A DNA stretch of 62,981 nucleotides, counting the filler, from Olpidium bornovanus S191 (Eukaryota > Fungi > Olpidiomycota), in assembly GCA_017911155.1 (NCBI GenBank). It is 29 parts of 29 records of this genome, joined end to end, with 100 filler letters (N's around TTAATTAATTAA, not from the genome) between each part and the next. Parts side by side here need not be neighbours in the genome. Positions count along the whole stretch, not along the records: positions 9,411 to 11,860 come from JAEFCI010011704.1; positions 11,961 to 13,268 come from JAEFCI010001472.1; positions 13,369 to 19,910 come from JAEFCI010007544.1; positions 20,011 to 21,880 come from JAEFCI010004281.1; positions 21,981 to 24,511 come from JAEFCI010005056.1; 24 more parts are not named here. The stretch is one strand, 5' to 3'. Below are positions 10,687 to 22,430 of this stretch, one piece after another (position 1 is the first letter of the stretch; every line of letters starts with the position of its first letter). The notes under the pieces are model-generated. The model was not told where the DNA came from. It saw nothing but the letters and a program-made list of their open reading frames with translations, and searched no databases. The translations under genes were made by a program, and so were the position numbers.

Positions 10687-11773
10687 ATGTTCGGCGTGCA
10701 GCTCTGTCCACCGCGGAGGGCGACGGCCGCAGTGTTGTGGCTCGCATCAGCAGCCTCGGGACGGTGCTCCGTCTTCGGGGCACGCCCGCCGGCAGCGTTG
10801 TCCTCGCTGCGTCAGACCGGCTTTCCGCACCACCGGCAGAATCGCCTCGGGCCAACTTCTGCCCTTTTCGACCCGCGGAGACGGTCGAGTAGCAGTGGCG
10901 CCGACCCAGGGCCCGTCGGGAGAACGAGGGCTAAGAACGCCAAAAGCTGCTTCGACTACGTCAAGATGTTTGAGGCGGACGACACGCTTGTTCAGAATTG
11001 CTGGATCGTCGTCCGCGTTGACGGACTGGACTTTCGTAGGCGAGTTCGGCAATCCTTCCCGGGGAACCTTTCTGTGGCGTCGTTCCCAGAGAGGCCCCAT
11101 CAGTGACAGAGTGACACGCCTGCCACAGGTTTTCCGAGGTCCACAAGTTCCAGAAGCCTAACGATGACAACGCGCTGAAGCTCATGAACGCTGCGGGCGA
11201 AGCAGTAATGTTGGAGTTTGGGGAAATTGTGTTGGCCTTTGGCCAGTCCGACGAGTACAGGTGTGGGTCACTGGCCTTTTATCGACCTTCGTTGCTCGGG
11301 CATTGTTTTTGACCGTCTCCGGTGTACCGCGGACTCACAGCTTCATCTTACGCCAAAATTGATCTCCACAGCTTCGTACTACGGAAAAGCTGTCAGCTAT
11401 ACAAAAGACGGAAAAGGTAAGGAGCACGCTGTGCACGACTCCTGCTACAGAACTCCACGTTCGGCCGCCTCACATCCGAAAAACATGACGCGCGGGAAAA
11501 ATTGTCCGCGACAGCAAGATTGTCAGCACGATCGCGTCATTGTTCACCTCGAACTATGTGTTGAAGTGGCCGACGTATATGCCATCGACACCGCTCGTTT
11601 ATCCGCCGTCGTTTGAAGGCCGAGCCGTGCTCTATCCGAGCGACGGGAACCTTCGCGATTACTTGTCCTGGAGGCAGGCGGACACGCACATCAAATACCT
11701 CCACAGCACCACTTTCTGGAGACTCGTTCTGTCAGGTGGCATGTCAGAAAACGAGGCCGCGGAAGCTTTAAGT
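10687..11773 (+). CDS. THG1: tRNA(His) guanylyltransferase / Thg1-family 3'-5' polymerase, partial (3' end missing)
   Basis: Exons 10687-11039, 11129-11260, 11382-11416, 11515-11773. Motifs: FDYVKMFE..WIVVRVDG, KPND..AL.LMN, AFGQSDEYSF, YPPSFEGR, LRDYLSWRQADTHI. Confidence 0.93.
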
Positions 11774-11960
11774 GTACGTGTGAAGGGAACCCCGGCTTGC
11801 TCGGCGAAACGTGAACGTGGACACGTCGTGCCCGTCATTGCAAGATTTCTCACGCGTGCCNNNNNNNNNNNNNNNNNNNNNNNNNNNNNNNNNNNNNNNN
11901 NNNNTTAATTAATTAANNNNNNNNNNNNNNNNNNNNNNNNNNNNNNNNNNNNNNNNNNNN

Positions 11961-12471
11961 CATGACCTCGTCCTTTAGCTTGGGAAGGAAGTAGTCAACG
12001 ATCTGGTACTCCTTGATTGGAAGGGAAAAAAGGTAGATCTGTTCGATGGACTTGATCTTCCCGTCCTTCACCAAGCGGCCGAGCTTGGTGCACGGGACCC
12101 TGGCCGGAACAACGTACAAGGCACTTGGTCAGCAGATCCGGTGCGGAGCGTCGAACCGATGCTTCGCAGCGAGCGTAAGTGTCGAGACGACTATACCATT
12201 CCTTCTCTTCGTCCTTGCGACCGCGGCCGCGCCCACGGGCGCCGCGGCCTCTACCACCACGAGCGCCGCGGCCGCGTCCAAACCCGCCGCGTCCTGCCAT
12301 GAACGAGCAAGGAAAACCGAAAGTGAAAAGGAGCGCCGAAAGTGAGCCAGCAGATGCGGGTAACAGCTGGCCCGAAGACGGGACAGCCTTGAAGCAAACA
12401 AGCCGGCCGGAGAAAGGTGTGTATAGGGTACACTCACCTCCGCGTGTACCGGCCGTCGCTTGGTCAGCCAT
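11961..12471 (-). CDS. RPS2: 40S ribosomal protein S2 (uS5), 5' part, 3 exons
   Basis: [11 protein letters not shown]|[10 protein letters not shown] (RGG-rich)..KDEEKEW|[46 protein letters not shown]. Confidence 0.97.
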
Positions 12472-13368
12472 TTGGTCTGTGTTATCGCGGACAACGACGC
12501 ACCCGCAGAAGAAAGCACGTCAGCGTTCGCGCTCTCCTGCCGGCGCGGCGGAATGAGGACAGGTATGCGGACGCCGGGCTTCCGACCAAGGGCGAGACGG
12601 GAAAAAACCGAAGCCGCCGGGGACGGCGCGCGACGGCCCGACGGGGATGGGGGTTGGGATGGGATGGCCGCGGTCACAGGGCCACGGGGACGGGCGGAGT
12701 GCGGGCATCGGGGCGCGCACGGGCGGGGAAGGGCCGCAGAAGACTTACACGTTTGTCCGATGGGGGGAGGAGGAGGGGGAGGAGGAGGGAAAAAAAAGGG
12801 GGCCCTCGAAAAAGGGACGGGCGGGGCCGGGGGGCGGGGCCGGGGGGCGGGGGGTGCCCGTGTAGAAAAGAGGGGGCAAAGCAAGCATGGCACCGCGCAC
12901 ATCCAACCCCTGGACCGGAGACTTTCCCCTGAATCCCTCTCTATAAAACCTGGTAGAATCAAGGAATAGAAGAGCCCCGTGGCTCCTATTTTCAACCCGT
13001 AGTCAACAGGTTATGAGCCCAAACGGACTCTCCACCTACGAAGAAGAAAAACCCCTTCTTCTCCCGGTCAGAGGCAGAACCATGGAAGAAGAACGCCACC
13101 CTCGCCAGCAATTCAGCGCAAATGCTGTCCTGGACGAACGGAGACCACGTGTAACAAGTGTATTATTTATCTGCGCAATGCGCTATCTGGAGATAATGTA
13201 TACACGAGTCTAGCTCTGGAATCTGGATCTGGATCTGGATGTTGTGCTGGGATTTTTTGTGTCGAACGNNNNNNNNNNNNNNNNNNNNNNNNNNNNNNNN
13301 NNNNNNNNNNNNTTAATTAATTAANNNNNNNNNNNNNNNNNNNNNNNNNNNNNNNNNNNNNNNNNNNN

Positions 13369-13494
13369 CATGAGGCGCTTCGCTACTGTGTCGACCGGGT
13401 GGAAGGCCAGCAGCTCGAGCAGGCCCGAGGTCCCGGACCCGACGAAGCGGGCCAGGCCCGACTCGGACTTCTTTGCGGAGGGCGGTGGGCTCAT
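13369..13494 (-). CDS. GGC1: Mitochondrial GTP/GDP carrier (SLC25 family), N-terminus only
   Basis: ATG 13494 reads MSPPPSAKKSESGLARFVGSGTSGLLELLAFHPVDTVAKRLM. It has the carrier motif PxDTxxKR and resembles the yeast Ggc1 N-terminus (SGLARLLGSASAGIMEIAVFHPVDTISKRLM). Too short for the ORF track. Confidence 0.88.
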
Positions 13495-13629
13495 TGTAGT
13501 CGGGGAGCTCCGCCTCCCGACAAGGTCCTGGAAGTCGACCGGCTGGAACGCCAGGGGATCAGCCGGCTGTTACCGAGATTCGTCCCGCGCGCAATCACCG
13601 CAACAAACGATATAAACCAAACGCTCAAA

Positions 13630-14129
13630 AATGCCGCCGAGGCAGCACTCGAACTCGAAACCTGTCTGTCTTTCGCATCTCCAACCGCATCTCAAAGCAC
13701 GGGAAAAACCGGGTGTCAGCCTTTCGCTAAGGCAGAGATTCCGGATGACGTCGAGAATTATAAGCTTCAAGAGGATCGAAGGTATCTGAAGAAACGAAGG
13801 GACAATGACGATAAATTCGGACTACGAGCCGGCTATCTAGCTTGAAGACGTTGTAATTGGCGTAGTAAACGCTCGCTTTTTTTTGTTTGCCTGTTTTGTT
13901 GTTGTTTCCCTTTCCTTTCGTAACCCGTCAGGCTGGCGCGACCTATCTGCGGCCGTTCTGTGCTGACCGATCGTCAAACGGCTATCTCGGCCGAAGGCCC
14001 TTGGGCGATGCTTTGATCCGGCAGATCAGGGAGCAGGTCGCCATGTTCGAAAAAAAGGAAGATGCTACGCGAGAAGCTGGCCAAGCTTGCAGCGAAGTCT
14101 CAGGCAAGGGCCCACCGGTGAACATCTGA
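13630..14129 (+). CDS. Possible small spliced protein-coding gene divergent from GGC1
   Basis: ATG 13630. Exon-like segments EIPDDVENYKLQEDRR (followed by AG|GTATCT) and PLGDALIRQIREQVAMFEKKEDATRE..stop 14129. The splice model is unresolved. Confidence 0.25.
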
Positions 14130-14560
14130 ACATGCCGCAGCCAGCCTATCAAGAACACTGCGTTGTCGATAACGGAGCGCTTCTCGCCGCAGCCCCCCGT
14201 TGATTTCGCCGCGAAGAGGCGCCGCGCCGATTTCGCAATTCCGGGGCAGGCCGCCGGAGAAAAGCGCGTCGCACGCAGCGGGAGGGGCCTTTGCGTTACT
14301 TTCTGCCCTCTCTCCGGCGTTGCGTCCCGGTGCGGCGGTGCGGCGGTGCTCTGCTCTGCGCGCGCGGGCGTCCGCGGCGGTGTGCGCGTTTGCGGGAAGG
14401 GAAGGAAACTTGCGCGCGTCGGCACCCGGCCGCTCCTCCTCCCGCCCGAGCCGCCGGAGCACGGACGACAGAGCGCAAGAGCTGCGGACACGGGCCGGCC
14501 CGGCGCGGCGCGGACCGCCGCCCGCAGACTTTCTCCGCCGCGCGGGAGGCCGGGGGAAAG

Positions 14561-17085
14561 ATGCAACGAGGAGGAGGTGGTGGAGGAGGAGGCCCGGGTG
14601 AAGAAGAAGAATGGACCTGCCCCGTGTGCTCCGTGCCCTTCGCCCAGTACCGCTCCGCGTCGGCGCGCGAGGCGCACGTGAACGGCTGCCTGGACGCCGC
14701 GCAGGAAGAGGCGGAGGAGGAGGAGAAGGAGGAGGAGGGCGCGTCCGACGGGATGGGCAGCCTCTGTTTCTGCGTGCTGTGCGGGAAAGACATGACGGCG
14801 TACAACCTGACGCGGCGGGAGCAGCACCTAAACCGGTGTATGGAAGACGCCGCCGCCGCGGAGGAGGAGGAGGAGAGCGCCGCGGCCGCGACGGGGAGAA
14901 GGCCCGCCGCCAGCGGCGAGGGGGCGCGCGCCGGGTCGCGGCTTGAGTTCCTGGCCGCGTCGCCGAAGTGCCCGTGCTGCAAGAAGCCGTGGGCGGCGGC
15001 CAGGACGTCGATGACGCCGCCGCCGCCGCCCGGCAAGCTGTCTCACCTGAAGGCGTGCGCCAGGCGGAAAAAGCTCTCGGTTACGCAGCTGCTCAACCTG
15101 CTCTCGTGGCTGAAGTACTCCGCGAAGTCCCCGGAGCGGCGGCGGCAGCCGCCGTCCGTCGCCGCCGCCGGAGGGGCCGCAGCCGTCGGCGCGTCGGCCG
15201 GAGGTTCCGCCCGCCGCCCCGCGCCCCGCGCGGTCCGGCGGCGGATTCAGGCCCCCGCGAATGAGGTGCGCACGATTATTCTCGACGACGACGAGGACTT
15301 CAAGGAACCCAACGCCGTGCTGTTCAAACGCGCATCCTCGCCCGCAAACGCCCGCAGGAGGAGGAGGAACGAGGCTGCAGGCGACACTGACGACGACGAG
15401 TTTCGGCTTGCAACGGCTCTGTCGGCGTCGCTCGACGCCGCCTCTTCGTGCGGCGAACCGACGGTTCGCGCCGGTCGCGGCAATAAAAAGGGCGGGAAGT
15501 GCGATGCGTCCGCCATTTTGGCTATCGAGGAAGCCTGCGAGAGGGCCAGGGAAAACGCTATGACTCTCCTGTTTCCCGACCTGGACGGGGCCTGCGACAA
15601 GGGAGTTCCGGCCACCACCCCCAAATTCAGTCGAAGCAAGCTGTTTCTCAGGTGCGAGGCGGCTTCCGGGATGCTCACGGGGACGGCAGACCGCCGCCGC
15701 ACGTCCCTATGGAGCCTGGCAGCGGCGAAGGCGACACCTGCCGACGGAAAAGGTTCGGAGACCGCCGACTATTACACGACGGAATTCCTGGAGGAGTTGC
15801 GGTCGCGCCGCGGCGCGCGGGACCCGCTTCCAGCGGTAAGGCGGAGATGCCTTCGGTCAGATTCTTTATGCAGTAAAGAAAATTCTGATTTCTTCGCGGC
15901 TCCGTGCAGAACGCTCACTGGGTGGACCCGCCGGCGGCTGCAAGTTCGACCGATTGCGCGCAAAGTCCAACTCGTTTGGCCGGTCCTTTGGAGAGTGGCC
16001 ATCAGGAGATTAGATTGCTGGAAGGGAGGCTGCTTCAGGAACTTGATTCGCTGATCCAGAAACATCAAGAAAAGGTATATCGCCGAAACGAGAAGCTTTA
16101 TATAGCACGCGTTCCCCCCCCCCCTCCCCTCCCCACATGCCGCTGAATTCGCGCTTATTTTTTTTTTGCAGTAGGTGCGCGAAGTCTTGCGCAGGCGGGA
16201 TTTGGTGATGACCCAAGTCCCGAGTCAGGACAGAGGTGGTGTCGAAGAGACCGTCAAGCAAGATGTCGACGGGTTTCCCCCACTTGCGCCCTCGCCTGCT
16301 CCGTCGCGGTCTTTACCCGACATCGAACGTTCACCTACACCAGGTCTGAACTCCCAGTACGAGGACGACGCATGGTACTTGCCCCTTGACGAAGCGGCCG
16401 GTTGCTGGTTAATGCCGGACGGCGACCACGATGTCGAAACGAAGGCTCCCTCCGCCGTCCCGTCGGGCGGGGGGATGATCAACCAGGACGCGCGGTGCGA
16501 CGCGCTCGACCGGGAAGCGCGGGACATTGTTGAAGGAGACGGCGCCGGTTTTCTCGGCCGGGGATGCCGCGCAGCGTCTCCGGACTGCTCGTCCGATACG
16601 ACGTTCGACGAGGACGCCTGGTTTGAGATGCTCGACCTGGAGGCCGACGTCGAGGCCGTCCCTCACAAACTGTTGAAGGAAGAGGAGCTCGGCGCCCCTC
16701 TGCGACAGTACATCGTGGAAGACGTCGAGCTGTATAATAAAATATTACTCTACGAGGTATGCGAGGGGAGGGCCGCTCGGGGAAAATGCGTCGACGTGGA
16801 ACCCAAAAAACGGTAGTCTCTAACAGCTGACGGTGCACGATGATGTGGTGGGGGGGGGGGACGGCGGCGGTTGGGGCGTGTCTGCCGCGTGCCGTACTTT
16901 CCTGGGCTTTCAGCCGATCGAGTTTACGGGGCTTTGGCAGAAGCTCAATGCACACGCCATCGGTTGTTCTCCTGCGGCACTCCGCGCGTGGTTGGAGAGA
17001 TGGGTGAGCACGGCGCGAAGAAACGGTCCTGTGCCACGGAGAATTTGGAGCGGGGTGGTGGTGGTGGGGGGGGGGGGGGGGGGGG

Positions 17086-17123
<38 letters not shown>

Positions 17124-17222
17124 TAAAAAAAAAGAAAAAGGCTCTCACCCCAACTTCCCCGCCCACGCCCACTTCCAGTCCAGCAGGGTCGGCGAAGCGC
17201 ACGGGAACGCCGAAGCCGATGA
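14561..17222 (+). CDS. SLX4: Structure-specific endonuclease scaffold SLX4, multi-exon; exact 3' end uncertain
   Basis: UBZ-type fingers, including CVLCGKDMTAYNLTRREQHLNRC (compare human CQICQKNLSAMNVTRREQHVNRC) and CPCC..SHLKAC. MLR-like DEFRLATALSASL. C-terminal Slx1-binding domain LRQYIVEDVELYNKILLYE|PIEFTGLWQKL..LRAWLE. Confidence 0.85.
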
Positions 17223-19586
17223 GTCCGCCGCCGCCTTAGGTAGGCAAACACCTCTCCCTCCCCACACGCGGCGGCGGGGCGGAAGCACCGGCTGGGTTTT
17301 CATTTAAACGGACCGACCTTGTTCTGCTCCTTTTTCGTTTGTTTCTAATTTTTCCCTTCTTGTGAATTTCCTTTGCGGTTTTCCTTTTGCGATTTTCTTA
17401 TTTCGTTGGTTTCTTCGTTCATTTTCCGGCTTTCCTTTTCCCGTTGTTCCCCTTTCTAATATTTTCGTTTTTGGTTTGTCACTTCTGAATTTTTTGTCCT
17501 TTTTGATGTTTCGTTTCTGATTTTTTGTTATTCATTTTTTTTTATTTTTTTTTTTATTTTTCATTGTTGCCTTTCACGGTTTGTTTTTCATTGTTGTTTT
17601 TTCGCTTCTCTTTCGCCTCTTTTGATTTTCCCTTTTGTTTTTCCTTTTCAATCTTTTTGGGTTTTTTCTTTTTTGGTTGTTTCTTTGCCGCTCTCTTAAT
17701 TTTTTTGCTTTCTTCCTTCTTCCGTTTTCCCCCTTCCCTGATTCCCGTTTTTTTTTTTTTGCCCTTTGCCGGACTCCAGCGCGCGAGAGGTCGCCGTCGC
17801 TGGCGCCCGAAGACGACAGCGCCGCTTACGGAGAAGAGAACGATGTCGTCAGCGCCGACGCGTTTACCGGCAAGCTCTCGGACCGGTTCCGCAGAGTTAA
17901 CGACATTACCGTGTCCTACAACAAAAACAGGCGCGGGAGCGTGTCGGCAGAGTCCATCAGACCGTCGGAAGACGCGCCGGACAGGGTCGTGATTCCCAAG
18001 GACAACGCCACGAAAATGCGCATCGCGACGGCCACCGGACACAACCTCCTCTTCCGGAACCTGGACCCTGAGCAGCGGCATGACATTGTGCGTTTTGGTC
18101 GTCGGAAACCACGCCGGCCGGCGAAACCGGGCCCTTTGTTTGAAAAGTTAAATGGGTCCCGGCTGCCAGCCGTTCACTGGCTCAGCTCGTTTCCTTTCCT
18201 CGCTGGAATAAATGATGACGACGACGATACCCCAACAAGGTGGACGCCATGTTCGAGCGGAGGGTCAGAAAAGGCGAGGTCATCATCAAGCAGGGCGACG
18301 AAGGAGACAACTTCTACGTCATCGACCAGGGGAGTTTCGACGTGTACGTGAAGAAGGGCAACGAGGAAAAGAAAGTCATCACGATCACGCCGGGAGGAAG
18401 TTTCGGCGAGCTGGCGCTGATGTACAACGTGCGTTTTGGTCTGGCCGGCGCGGAGTCGCCCCCGTCGTTTTTTTCCCCCCTTTTTGGTTTCTCCTCGGCG
18501 GGCGATCCAGACTCCGCTGCCCGTAGACTAGAGACGTTTTTTGGGGGCGTAACTAATGCTGACGCCTTTGACTTTGGCGCGGCGCACGTCGCGAGCAGAC
18601 GCCCCGCGCTGCAACGGTTATTGCTGCCGAGGACGGCGTGCTCTGGGCCGTGGACCGAGCGACCTTTCGGCACTCCTTGACCAACCACTCGTTCCGCAAG
18701 AGAAAGATGTACGAGGTGAGCGCGCGGTTGCTTATTTGTGCCAGCCGGTGACCGGAAACCGGGACAGCCCGTGGGGAGGAGGTGTGCGTGCCGCGCACTC
18801 ACGGGAAAAACAAAAAAAAAAAAAAAAAAATTATCCGGCCCGCGTCCAGGATTTCCTTGCGTCAGTCCCGCTCCTCTCCTCGCTCGAGCGGGCAGAATTC
18901 TCCAAAATCGCAGACGCTCTGGAGCCCGTCGAGTACGAGGACGGCGACGTTATCATCGAGCAAGGCGCACCCGGAGACTACTTTTACGTGATCGAGTCCG
19001 GCGAATGCAAGGTTACGAAAACTGACGAACACGGCACCGAGCGCGAGTTCCCCAGCCTAGGGCCCGGGAGCTACTTTGGAGGTAAGGGAAGGCGGCGCCG
19101 GAAACAAAACCTCGGTGCCAGGGCCGCCTTGCGACGTTTCCGCACCGCGGCCGCCCGGTCAGGTGATCGCATCCTTCGGCCGCCGCAAGCTTCTGACTCG
19201 GACCGCGGACGCGGACGCTTTCTTTTGTGTGACTGCAGAGTTGGCTCTCATCAACGACAAGCCTCGCGCGGCGACCGTCTCTGCCAAGGGTCCCGTCAAG
19301 GTTGTAGCGCTATCCCGCGACGCGTTCGTCAGATTGCTTGGGCCCGTGATGGATCCTATGAAAGTGAGAACCTCTTTTAACTTTCTCCCGTTCGCGGCTG
19401 GCGATTCGCGCGTCGTCCGAACCGCCCAAGCTGAGATCTTGCGCGCTTTCGTTTCGTTTCGCGGCGTGCGGCCGCCGGTTTTCTCCCTTCACTTTTTCCC
19501 CTCACCTCCCTCCTCTCTCCCAGCGGAAAACCGCCGATTACACAAACTTAATGACGCGGACCGACACCGAGTCGAACCACGAATGA
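17179..19586 (+). CDS. PKAR: cAMP-dependent protein kinase regulatory subunit (Bcy1/PKA-R); no start codon or D/D domain found
   Basis: Exons 17780-18087, 18240-18428, 18599-18715, 18850-19081, 19239-19363, 19524-19586, plus a probable exon at 17179-17239. Inhibitor site RRGSVSAE and two cNMP domains ([30 protein letters not shown]). Confidence 0.96.
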
Positions 19587-19745
19587 GCACCGCCCGCACT
19601 GCCAAGCGCAGACGCGCCCGTCCTCCGGCTCTCTGTCTCTCCCCCCCCTCCCTCTCTCTCTCTCTTTGCGTGTTCCTTATTACGGCTCCGCCCGTTAGCA
19701 TAATGTTTCCTAGACGTATCGTGTCTCGCTGCCCCCGGCCGTTTG

Positions 19746-19779
<34 letters not shown>

Positions 19780-22430
19780 GGGCCCCCCATTTTTTTTTTT
19801 TTTTTTTTTTTCGTTTAAGCAGCGGCAGAAGTTGGCGTCGCGCTGGGTCTGACCGGTTTTGCCCTATTAAAAGGTATGGAGGAAAGTGGAAGTGCTTAGC
19901 TGCTGACCAGNNNNNNNNNNNNNNNNNNNNNNNNNNNNNNNNNNNNNNNNNNNNTTAATTAATTAANNNNNNNNNNNNNNNNNNNNNNNNNNNNNNNNNN
20001 NNNNNNNNNNGGGGGGGGGGGGGGGGGGGGTAGGCGGTGGAGGCGGGGAGAAGGAGATACGCGTTTGGCTACAGCACAGTCAACCTCGTGGCGCACTTCA
20101 CCCGTGGTATGTTCAACCTGGTGTTCTTTAGCTGGGTTCTGCTCTTTCCCTTTTGCTGCAAGATGTTGCCGAGCTTTCTCTGCATTTCGACAGGTTGCCG
20201 CCTTTGATTTGTTTGTCCTCGGCATGGTGCTGTGTGTGTTTGTGTGATTGGTGTTGGTGGGGTTTCTGGTGTTGTTGTGGTTGCTGTTGGGGCGCTTCTG
20301 AGATCTGGAGAATGTCCAGGGAGTTTTATGTGGGCACACACCATCACGGCATGTCCTTTATAACCTGCGCCTATCCGCAGCCCGCACCTCGCAGCCCGCA
20401 GTCCGCAGCTGCCCCCGAAATCGGTAAATAATTTTGAGTCTAGGCTGGTTGCATCATACCTGGCAGCCGCCGGGCGCCACCTGGTGCCTCCCTCCGTATG
20501 GGCGCGCGCGGGCTCCCGGCGAGGTCCGGATTCAACCTACCTCGGTGCTCGTCGACGGCGGTGGCCGGGCTTGTGTGGGTGCTGGCGGAGGAACTGACGA
20601 GGCCAATGACGGAGATGGTTCGGGAAGAACAAGAGGGAATGATGCTTAGACCACTTTCGGAGCCATTGCAATCGCCCAGAGCATGTACTCCGATTGGTTC
20701 ACGTCGCCACACCACACACCAAATGCGAACCGGCAGCGTAAACCCGTCCCGCCGAGTGGGGCTACTAGCCCAACCGCCTGGCTCGCGCGCGCCCCCGCCC
20801 CGTCGGCCTTGAAAACGCCGCCAGGTCTTGCCGCCTGCGCCGTCATCGCCGTCGCCACGTCACCGCCGGCTCCAGACCGCGAGGACTCACCGCCTCTGCG
20901 CAGTTTCCAAGCGGCCACGCGCCGACGTGTCACCGCCGCGTCGACAAACTGCACGCCAGGATTCTCACCGCCTGCGTCTATGCCGTCACCGTCCGGCTAA
21001 GGACACCAGGATTCATCGCCTTTGTCGTCCCGCCCCTCTACTTGCGTTGCCGCACCACTTCGCGTCGTGCCGCCCTACGCTCGGAACACAGAACTTCAGA
21101 GACCTTGAAAAAGGAAGTGACATGACATCACGTCCCCCTGACGTAACGTCTCTCTTCTTCTACCTGAGCCACGCGCAGCCCACGGCCACTGCGATCATGC
21201 TGCGCCGTCGCGTCGCGACGACGCCAAACAGAGGACGAGCATGTTCAACAAATATAACAGGCCACGCGCTCTCGCGCCCACGCACCCACGTCTGCGGCAA
21301 CTACCGAAGATGCAACAACGGCGGAGGTCACGGCCACGCAGACGCGCCGCACTGCGCGTGCGCGCGAACCAGGCAAATCAGAACCCACCTACAACAAACA
21401 ACAAACGGTATCCATGCGGCTGTGCACAGTGTATATCTACGTGGGCAGATCTCAAGCCCGCGCTTCCAACGACGGTCATCTCTAGCCAAGCACGAAAAGA
21501 AGCCTGGAGCGATCTATGCGCTTTCAAATTGAAGGACTTCGACACGGTGAAAACTTTAATAGTACATTCAATTGCCTAACGATGCCGTCCCTGACTCCCT
21601 CATTCTCGACACGTACTTCGAGAACCCCGCGGCGATCTCGACTACTCGCAAGAAACGGGTCGTATGCACTGCCGAGGGTTGAAGCCATTCGAAATATCCT
21701 CACAGGCAAATGCCCACTAACGGCACTACCAATTCAAATCGTGGAGGCCGGGGAGGAGGTCATGGCCACGGCACCCTTGGCCACAATTGCGGACGACGTC
21801 AAAGTCGTACCGGTAAGGAAGAAAACATAGGTAGCAGCCGCATACTCCTGCAACACGTGCAACGAAGGCAACAATCGGTANNNNNNNNNNNNNNNNNNNN
21901 NNNNNNNNNNNNNNNNNNNNNNNNTTAATTAATTAANNNNNNNNNNNNNNNNNNNNNNNNNNNNNNNNNNNNNNNNNNNNCATGGGATTAAAATGGTCTT
22001 TCTTGGTGACATTTCGCCGAGGGATTTTTTGCGTTTTGGATTTAAACCCGATAGTTATGTTAAATTGAGGATGCGGTTGAGAAAAGTAGTTGGAAAGAAT
22101 AGGATTAGGACTAGAGATATAACTCTGGATTCTCTTGTTTTATACTAAATCCTAGCGGCGTATTGACATCTTCTGATCTTATACCATTAAATATATGGGA
22201 ATTGAGCGAGACACAGTTGAAGTCTTTAAGATTTGGTGATAATGTGGAAAGTTCGAGGAGAGTTTTAAAAATCAAGTTACGAATTATAAATATAAACTCG
22301 AAGAGGGTTACTATGGAAGATTTGATATATGTATATGACCAAAATCCGAGCCCATTTTGGAAAGAAGTCCGGACCAAAGTCAGAACCCATTTTGGAGAGA
22401 AGTCCGGACCACCTTTCCTGTCCGGCGGAA

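Noticed and set aside
13399-13615. Plus-strand ORFs overlapping the start of the contig
   Set aside because: They are antisense shadows of the GGC1 exon on the minus strand.
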